A DNA stretch of 64,000 nucleotides from the NCBI GenBank assembly GCA_040954595.2, contig CM082581.2:434001-498000 (forward strand). Reading direction: 5' to 3'. Shown here piece by piece: positions 54,887 through 64,000 of this stretch. Every line of letters starts with the position of its first letter. Position 1 is the first letter of the stretch. Source of the stretch: Balanoglossus misakiensis (Eukaryota > Animalia > Hemichordata). The notes beneath the pieces are model-generated. The model was not told the origin of the DNA, did not search any database, and saw only the letters and a list, made by a program, of their open reading frames with translations. A program made the translations under genes and the position numbers.

Positions 54887-57020
54887 TGTAGCCACTTTCG
54901 TTCCGGCTAACGTTGGAATGAGCATGAAAACATAAAATATTTCCACGGGCAGTCAGTCTGGGGTTCGGTGATTGACAATTTTCCTGTACATATGAATTAT
55001 AGGTGGGTGGGGAGTAGAAAGCAGAAAAGACAATACACTATAGGATTTTCTTCTTATGAAGATATATTACGTCATTAAATCTATCCAAATAAAGTTGTCA
55101 AAAAATATGAAAGACAAACACAATTGCTAATTAATGGTCCACGTTCAGTTCTGCTGATGTCATTAAATCTATCCAAATAAAGTCGTCACAAAATATGAAA
55201 GACAAACACAATTGCTAATTAATGGTCCACGTTCAGTTCTGCTGATGTCATTAAATCTATCCAAATAAAGTCGTCACAAAATATGAAAGACAAACACAAT
55301 TGCTAATTAATGGTCCACGTTCAGTTCTGCTGATGTCATTAAATCTATCCAAATAAAGTCGTCACAAAATATGAAAGACAAACACAATTGACAATTAACG
55401 GTCAACGTTCAGTTCTGCTGACGTCCTTAAATCTATCCAAATAAAGTTGTCAAAAAATATGAAAGACAAACACAATTGACAATTACGTTCCGTTCTGTTG
55501 GCAGTTCGAATTCACGAAGCACTCACAAAAAATTTCGCATTCCGAATGTCCGAAGTCTCACAGCGCTCACCAAATTCCGTTCCGCTCAGCTGGCAAGGTC
55601 TGAATTAGGGAAGCACTCACCAAATTCCGTTCAGCTCCGCTGGCAATGTCCGAAGTCGGGAAGCACTCACAGAAATTCCGTTCAGTTCCGCTGGCAATGT
55701 CCGAATTCAGAAAGCACTCACACAATTCAGTTCAGCTCCGCTGGCAATGTCCGAAGTCGGGAAGCACTCACAGAAATTCCGTTCAGTTCCGCTGGCAATG
55801 TCCGAATTCAGAAAGCACTCACACAATTCAGTTCAGCTCCGCTGGCAATGTCCGAAGTCGGGAAGCACTCACAGAAATTCCGTTCAGTTCCGCTGGCAAT
55901 GTCCGAATTCAGAAAGCACTCACACAATTCAGTTCAGCTCCGCTGGCAATGTCCGAAGTCGGGAAGCACTCACAGAAATTCCGTTCAGTTCCGCTGGCAA
56001 TGTCCGAATTCAGAAAGCACTCACACAATTCAGTTCAGCTCCGCTGGCAATGTCCGAAGTCGGGAAGCACTCACAGAAATTCCGTTCAGTTCCGCTGGCA
56101 ATGTCCGAATTCAGAAAGCACTCACACAATTCAGTTCAGCTCCGCTGGCAATGTCCGAAGTCGGGAAGCACTCACAGAAATTCCGTTCAGTTCCGCTGGC
56201 AATGTCCGAATTCAGAAAGCACTCACACAATTCAGTTCAGCTCCGCTGGCAATGTCCGAAGTCGGGAAGCACTCACAGAAATTCCGTTCAGTTCCGCTGG
56301 CAATGTCCGAATTCAGAAAGCACTCACACAATTCAGTTCAGCTCCGCTGGCAATGTCCGAAGTCGGGAAGCACTCACAGAAATTCCGTTCAGTTCCGCTG
56401 GCAATGTCCGAATTCAGAAAGCACTCACACAATTCAGTTCAGCTCCGCTGGCAATGTCCGAAGTCGGGAAGCACTCACAGAAATTCCGTTCAGTTCCGCT
56501 GGCAATGTCCGAATTCAGAAAGCACTCACACAATTCAGTTCAGCTCCGCTGGCAATGTCCGAAGTCGGGAAGCACTCACAGAAATTCCGTTCAGTTCCGC
56601 TGGCAATGTCCGAATTCAGAAAGCACTCACACAATTCAGTTCAGCTCCGCTGGCAATGTCCGAAGTCGGGAAGCACTCACAGAAATTCCGTTCAGTTCCG
56701 CTGGCAATGTCCGAATTCAGAAAGCACTCACACAATTCAGTTCAGCTCCGCTGGCAATGTCCGAAGTCGGGAAGCACTCACAGAAATTCCGTTCAGTTCC
56801 GCTGGCAATGTCCGAATTCAGGAAGCACTCACCAAATTCCGTTCAGCTCCGCTGCTGCCCCAGGAGGACTTCCCCCCCGACCCTTCACACCAGACTTAAA
56901 TACTGTGGTGCGGATGAATACGGCAGTTCTATTGGCGCAAAGAGTGTACCCAGGTGTACCAGGCGTGTCATTAATTAGCGCCCCCCACGTCCGGATGGGC
57001 CAAAATATCATTATGTTACA
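54887..57020 (-). repeat. 5' LTR of the Gypsy element
   Basis: Adjacent to the PBS; only 2 differences from the other LTR noticed by eye. Confidence 0.96.
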
Positions 57021-58017
57021 TCAGCATGGATTTGTTAAAAATAGATCTACCACAACCAACTTAGTGGCTTACACTGATTTCATTTCAGCTTCATTGAACA
57101 ACAAAGAACAGGTAGATTCAATCTACACTGATTTTAGCAAGGCGTTTGACAGTGTCTGTCACACACTACTGCTGTACAAAGCCGCCAAATTTGGTATATG
57201 TGGCAATTTGCACAGCTGGCTGGCGTCGTATCTCCATCTCAGACAACAGAGGGTGGTGTTTGGCAGTCACTCGTCAAACAGCTTCACTGCTACATCGGGG
57301 GTCCCACAAGGTTCACTCTTGGGGCCACTACTTTTTGTAATGTATATAAATGATATATCACTGTTAGATATTTCTGCAAAGCTCAGCATGTATGCCGACG
57401 ATGCTAAGATTTACCGTACCATCACCTCCTCCGCTGATTGTGACTTGTTACAGAAAGACCTTGATAAATTTGCTCTCTGGTGTGACAACTGGAAGTTGTC
57501 ACCTAATATCAATAAATGCAAATTCATCAGTTTCACCCTAAAGAAAAGGGTTATTTCATCTACTGACTACTCTATCAATGGCACTCCCCTTCAACGTGTT
57601 TCTGTAATCAAGGACTTGGGCATATACCTTACTTCTAATCTCAATTATTCTTTCCACATAAATAACACAGTTTCCAGAGCCTTCAAATCTCTGGGTTTTA
57701 TTAAGCGCCTCTGCCAGCCTTTTAATGACATATCCGCTATTATTTCTCTATATTTTGTTTATGTAACATCTATTCTAGAGTATGGCTCTGTTGTGTGGTC
57801 ACCCCACCAAAAGGGCCTGTCAGACAAGATTGAGCGGGTACAAATTAAGTTTGTGAAGTACATTTGTTGCAAACTCAATATTCACTGCAGCAGGTCCAGC
57901 TACCCTATTTATTGTAGATTACTGAATATCCCAATGTTATATAACAGAAGACTCACCCTTGACATGTTTTTTTATACAAAATTATCCACTCACAGTATGA
58001 TTCACCTGGTATTTTAA
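57021..58017 (+). pseudogene. LINE ORF2 reverse transcriptase fragment
   Basis: QHGF, DFSKAFD, GVPQGS, YADD, KDLGI and YGSVVWSP motifs; probable frameshift in a T run near 57970. Confidence 0.92.
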
Positions 58018-58388
58018 ATCAAATATGTTTTTACGCCCCTAGTAGAAATTTACGCAAGAAACCCCTTTTTAAACCCGACTTGCGCTCCGTTAATTGTAGA
58101 AAATTCTCGACAATGCTCAGATGCATGTCTGCTTTTAATGAGATTTCTTCTAAATGTAATATTGATATTTTTTCTACGCTCCACAGTTTTAAATCTATTT
58201 TATCCAGTCATTTTAATGGTACTGTTCCTTGATTTGTATTTATATTTTACGTGACATGTGTTACTTTTTTGGTGTCTTGTTTTTCAGTTAATTTTTGTTT
58301 TGTGACTTAATTGTTTTTATTGTTTCCCAGATCTGTAAGTGGGTTTGCCCGTTGATCTGTGTAATAAATAAATAAAAATAAATAAATA

Positions 58389-61192
58389 CTGCAGAAAACT
58401 CCATGAAATACTACCATGAAGCCAATGAGTTGATGACATCAGGCGGATTCAAACTCAGAGCATGGTCTTCCAACTGTCAACAAATAAACGAACTCGCTAC
58501 ATGTGACAATCTGAACGAACCCACCGAAGATGTATCCGTTTTGGGAATGCAGTGGTCAACAAAATCTGACGAATTGACTTACTCCAAAGTGGTTAATATG
58601 TCGTCGCGTGCCGAACTCGTGACCAAACGTGACATTGTCAGCTATGTGGCGATGCTATTTGATCCGTTTGGATTTCTCGCCCCTGTAATGATCAAAGCCA
58701 AATTGTTCATTCAGTGACTATGGAAACTGGAATTAGACTGGGATGAACCTATCAACGCAGATCTCTACACTCAATGGATGCACATCGCAGAAGATCTCAA
58801 AGACTCGCGAAACACGAAGATCGAACGACAATATTTTGATGAACTTGAAGGCGACAATGAATGCGAGCTACACGCCTTTGCAGACGCAAGCCAGAGAGCG
58901 TATGGGGCAGTAGTGTATTTGAAAAGAGGACAGCAAACGTCTTTTGTGATGGCGAAGACTAGAACCGCACCAGTGGCTGAAACTACACTCCCGCGACTGG
59001 AATTGATGGCTGCGTTAATAGCCACACGTCTCAGCAAGTACGCTAAAGAAGCCCTGTCCTCCAAATATGACATAGTTCGTTGTTATTTATGGAGTGACAG
59101 CCAAATTGTCCTTCACTGGCTGAACAGTGAGAAGAGACTTCCGGTGTTTGTGAAGAATCGAGTAGATGAAATTCGCGAATTTCAGTCCACAAAGAAATAC
59201 TGCCCATCAGAACACAACCCAGCTGATCCTTTAACCAGAGGGGTAACCTACGAAATGATGGAACGCTCTGAACTATGGCGTAATGGACCAACATGGCTAA
59301 AGACAAGCGATTGGCCTAGTTGCCCAGCGTTTGATGTTAATGTGATGCATACCGCAATCGAACCAGATGAGACGGACAGATTGCCGCCGCGTTTCGGCAA
59401 CGGAATCAACGATCAGTCTACCGAGAAGGCAGAAATACTCGCTCCCCCCAAAGCCAGACGATGTACAGATCGCGAAAATCTGGAAATTACCAGTCCCAAT
59501 GACTACGGAATTCAACACGTTGTTGACATTTCCAGATTCAACAACTTGGATAGGCTATTACGAGTGACAAGTTATGTCCTCAGATTCATCGCACGGATGA
59601 AAAAATCTACCGAGGTGAAACACGGGAGAATTACCCCTGATGAGCTGCACCGAGCGGAAAATATGTGGGTTAAACATATTCAACGGCAGTTCTATGACGC
59701 CGAAATCCAGTCTGTGAAATTGAACTTGAGTAAATGTGCGCCCATTGTTCGACAACTGAACTTATTTGTTGACGAAGAAGACGTACTTCGCTGTGGGAGT
59801 AGAATCCATAACGCGCCGATCGATTTCGTCACAAGATTTCCCGCCTTGATACCCTCGCATCATAAATTGACAAATTTGATAATACGGAAATGACACGAAC
59901 TGACGCTTCACCAGGGAGTCCAATCTACAGTGACACAGATAAGGCAAAGATATTGGATCCCCAAAATTCAGATTATTGTACGCGGTGTCTTACGTGGTTG
60001 TGTCATTTGCAACAAAGTTACCGGGAAACCTTACGCGAATCCAGTGCAAGCGCCGCTACCAAGTTATCGAGTGAACATTGTCCCAGCATTTACTGTAACA
60101 GGCGTGGATTTCACGGGTCATCTTTATACCAAGGCCAAAGATGGGACACGTGCCAAAGCCTATATCTGTTTATTCACCTGTGCGGTGACGCGTGCCATTC
60201 ACCTAGAACTGGTTCCTGATATGTCAACCCAGACGTTCATGCACGCGTTCAGAAGATTCGCCGCGAGACGTTCTTTGCCGAGTAGGATGCTGTCAGACAA
60301 CGCATCGACTTATTTATCGGCTGCCAATGAAATCAAAACACTGTTTGATACGCCAGAAGTAAATGACTTTCTCGCCGCACACCGTGTACAATGGACGTTT
60401 ATACCGAAGCGCGCGCCCTGGTTTGGTGGCTTCTGGGAGAGGCTGATTGCTTTGACAAAGAACGCTATTAGGAAAACTCTCGGTCGAGCTTACCTAACCT
60501 TTGATGAACTCGCAACAGTTGTGACTGAAATTGAAGCCGTTTTAAACGACAGGCCGTTAACGTACGTGTCATCCAGTATAAACGACAACATTGGATTGAC
60601 CCCAAATCACTTGCTACATGGCAGGACACTGACCTCATTGCCGTACATCGAGATCACCGACGAAGAGGTGATTGACCCATCTTACTGTGATAATCGTGAA
60701 ATCAACAAAAGATATGAACATCTATCAAGATTTCACGATTAATTTTGGCGAAGATGGCCGTCCGAGTATCTGACTGCCCTACGTGAACGACATCCCACCA
60801 AAGGAACTCGTGATAATGTCATCAAGGTCGGAGATGTCGTGATAATACACAGTGACACTGACAAACGTCCGAAATGGCATTTAGGAACTGTAACAAGGTT
60901 GATCTTCGGTAATGATAAACTGGTACGATCTGCGGAGTTGAACACCGCAGGTGGTCCTACAAACCGACCTATCCATAAATTGTACCCATTGGAAGTTGTC
61001 TCCAAGGAGCTGTCAACTGTGTCTGGAGATAATACAGGTATTGGAGCAGATTCCAACACGAATACTGAAACAGTCGACACAGCTGGAGCCTCTGAAGATT
61101 CCTCGGTGAAGGCGGATGTTGTACCCCCGAGACGACCTGTCAGAGACTCTGCAGTTGCCGCTCGAGTACGAATAGCGGATCTCTCTATTTGA
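58389..61192 (+). pseudogene. pol: BEL-2 copy B pol 3' half (RT end, RNase H, integrase) with in-frame stops
   Basis: Collinear with 25939-28734; stops at ~58715, ~59891 and ~60740. Confidence 0.93.
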
Positions 61193-61699
61193 CTTTGAAA
61201 TTGGAAAACAATTTCGATCGCATTGTGACTGTTATCATGTTTACTGACACAATGAACATTAGTTTATTGTCCTTGAACACTTTAGGTGACTTTAATCATA
61301 TTTCATGTTATTTAATGTTTTTTTTCTGATGATTTTCGAGACTTTCCTTTGCGCGGGGGAGAATATGGAGAAGTGAGAGATTTACTCCAGAAGGATCACG
61401 TGACGGAAACTCTTACCCTATCAGAGTTGACTTTGTTTACCGCCAAACTTTATACTTGTAGCAGATTTATTGTAATTGTTGAGTGTTTGCTCCGGCGTTC
61501 GTGGGACTTATATATAACCCAGTTTTGGCGCTTTCGGGCAGCATTTTGTAAGGAGCTCTGTGGTGTTACTTTGTTGTTGGATTCAGATGGTAATAAACCA
61601 GTGTTTTACCTAGCACTGAATCGTTCGCTTCTTTTCCGATGTCAGTATACTCGAACCCCCTCCCGGGAGTATTGATCACTGCCACGATACTTCCCCACA

Positions 61700-64000
61700 A
61701 TTTGGTCAAAATGGTAAATTTTTGAAAATTACAAAAAATACCCGTTTTCTACATTTTCGAAAATCTGATGGAGTATAAAATGCTCTTCGTATGTATATAT
61801 CGATACAAATTCCAAAAAAGACAGTCTAATATGGCTCACTGCAGACAAAATTGTGTTTTACCAAATTTTCCTTGAAAATGTCATTTTTAGAAATAAAAAT
61901 AAAAAAACCTTTGTTCTTCGAATTTGGTGCCCTGATCATATATGACATGTTGATTGTATGTTAAAACATTCGACCACTCCAAAAATGCAGAGATATTGAC
62001 AGAATTCAAGAAAAAATAGCCATTTTGGCCATATTTTGACAAAAATGGTAAATTTTTAAAAAATCATAAAACATTGACTCTTTTCTTATTTTTTCGGAAA
62101 TATTATGGAGCATGAAGTGTCGTTCTCTAGTAAAAAGTGCTGCAAATTCCAGAAAAGGCGGTATAATTTAAATCACCCAAGACAAAATTACCATTTTCGA
62201 CTTTTTTTTTCGAAAATTGTCTTTTTTACAAAATAAATAAGAATACATTCTTTTCTTAGTTTCAAACGGGTAGAGATACTTTCCACTCGGGTTTTCTAAC
62301 ATTGAATTCCCGTTCATCAACTCAGATTTCCTACAGCATAAGTCGGCTAAAACCCTGACACTCTAGAGCAGAAACAGTTGCACACTGGTAACTTTGAACA
62401 AGTCGATTTTTATACGGCCTGGCTCGGCTAAATCTCCGTCACAACATGACAGACACTAGCGTACGTTAGGAATGGTGATCAAGTCAGATTTTCTACGGCA
62501 TGGTTTGGATAAAGCCCAGGCACTCTAGAGCAGAAACACGCGTACAGAGACCACGTTGATCAAGTCTGATCTCCTACGGCTTAGCTCGACTAAAACCCAG
62601 GCACACTATGACAGACACTAGCGTTCGTTAGCAACGTTGATCAAGTCAGATTTCCTACGGCATGGCTTGGCTAAAGCCCTGGCACTATAGAGCAGAAACA
62701 CGCGTACAGAGACCACGTTGATCTACTCACATTTCCTTCGGCCAGGCACGGCTGATGCCCCGGCACTATATATAGGACACAGACTGGCGTAAGTTAACAA
62801 CGGTAATCACGTCGGGTTTCCTACGGCCTAGCTCAGCTGAAGCCCCGGCACTCTAGAGCAGAAACAGGCGTACATTGACCACGTTGATCAAGTCAGATTT
62901 CCTACGGCGTGACTCGGCTGGTACACCGGCTCTATATGACACAGACTGGCGTAAGTTACCAACGGTGATTACGTCGGATTTCCTACGGCCTGGTTTAGCT
63001 GAAGCCCCGGCACTTTAGAGCGGAAACACGCGTACATTGACCACGATGATCAAGTCAGATCTCCTACGGCCTGGCTCGACTAAAACCCCGGCACACCATG
63101 ACAGACACTAGCGTTTGTTAGCAACGTTGATCAAGTCGGAATTCCTTAGGCCTGGCTCTGCAAAAGACCCGACACTCTAGAGCAGAAACACGCGTACAGA
63201 GACCACGTTGATCTACTCGGATTTCCTTCGGCCTGGCTCTGCAAAAGACCCGACACTCTAGTACAAAGACGTTGGCTAAGTCGGGCAAACCGAAGAGGGA
63301 AAGTCACAGCGGGTCAACACTCGACATTTGTTCGGGTAGGACTGCATTATTGCCTGTCAATTTATAGAGAAAGCCCGAATTTTGACCAGGGCGCTTCAAA
63401 CACCGACGTTAGTTGGGGGCACGGCCTGCAGTACTGCCGGGTAAGCTCATATCGGCGTACCGCATATAATGTAGGGGGGGGGGGGGAAACAGAACGGTTC
63501 AATACTACATTTATTAGATATCAGCTTATTTTGGACAATCATCTAAAATCTAAATCATTTTTTCATATTTGGATATCTATTGATGTATGAAATTTCCATT
63601 ATATGTAAACATGGTGCTGATTATAAAAAATGCACTCTGAATGAGCTGATTTAATACAAAATTGCGTTTTATTCGTTTTTGCACCAAAAAGGTCATTTTT
63701 AGGCAAAACATTCTTTATTTTATTAATTCGGTGACCTGATCATATATAAACAATTGCTTGTATGTTAAAAGTTTTTATGACTTTTAAAAGCAGTGACATT
63801 GGCGGCATTCAACACGAAAATAACAATTTTAGCCACAATTTGGACAAAATGGTAAATTTTTGAAAATTACAAAAAATACCTGTTTTCTACATTTTCGGAA
63901 ATCTGATGGAGTATAGAATGCTCTTCGTATGTATATATCGATACAAATTCCACGAAAGACCGTCTAATTTGGCTCACTGCAGACAAAATTGCGTTTTACC
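61700..64000. repeat. ~2.05 kb satellite, block 4
   Basis: The monomer resumes after the TSD; poly-G at ~63474. Confidence 0.97.

Larger units (their letters stand above)
46453..57020 (-). mobile_element. Full-length, apparently intact Ty3/Gypsy LTR retrotransposon
   Basis: 2134-bp TG...CA LTRs (46453-48586 and 54887-57020); 4-bp TSD TCAG; PBS and PPT on the minus strand; single uninterrupted gag-pol ORF. Confidence 0.97.
46377..58388 (+). mobile_element. 5'-truncated non-LTR retrotransposon (CR1-like LINE, ~1.45 kb net), split by the Gypsy insertion
   Basis: Joining 46378-46452 to 57025 onward gives FAKIFEAVIV...ISIDQHGFVKNRSTTTNL..DFSKAFD..GVPQGSLLGPLLF..YADD; 3' tail (AATA)n at ~58363-58388; no clear TSD beyond ATA microhomology. 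Confidence 0.92.
43202..61699 (+). mobile_element. BEL-2 copy B with a nested LINE and Gypsy element
   Basis: LTRs 43202-43537 and 61364-61699; TSD ATTTG (43197-43201 and 61700-61704); collinear with copy A once 46377-58388 is removed. Confidence 0.96.

Noticed and set aside
55747-58017. 756-aa ORF fusing the repeat peptide to a reverse transcriptase
   Set aside because: Chance in-frame junction between the Gypsy LTR and the LINE it interrupted; the true upstream LINE sequence is at 46377-46452.

Overview
Eukaryotic (probably invertebrate metazoan) heterochromatin-like window with no host protein-coding genes. The backbone is a tandem array of a ~2.05 kb composite satellite (13 poly-G-marked monomers), each made of ~11 ~80-bp subrepeats, a ~230-bp GC-rich unique segment ending in poly-G, and ~3 decayed ~330-bp AT-rich subrepeats. 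Three BEL/Pao LTR retrotransposons interrupt the array. BEL-1 (5422-19368, TSD CTGGT) is broken by a 3-kb DNA transposon carrying a Kolobok-like MITE and by a later 4.55-kb tandem duplication. Two copies of BEL-2 (22795-29241 and 43202-61699) sit at the same monomer position with the same TSD (ATTTG), and shared variants point to duplication after one insertion. The second BEL-2 copy contains a 5'-truncated CR1-like LINE, which in turn contains a very young, intact Ty3/Gypsy element (46453-57020, minus strand, 2028-aa gag-pol, tRNA-Lys PBS). Its 2134-bp LTRs are about 80% tandem repeat (12x101 bp plus ~5x88 bp). All coordinates and difference counts were obtained by eye and should be confirmed by alignment.
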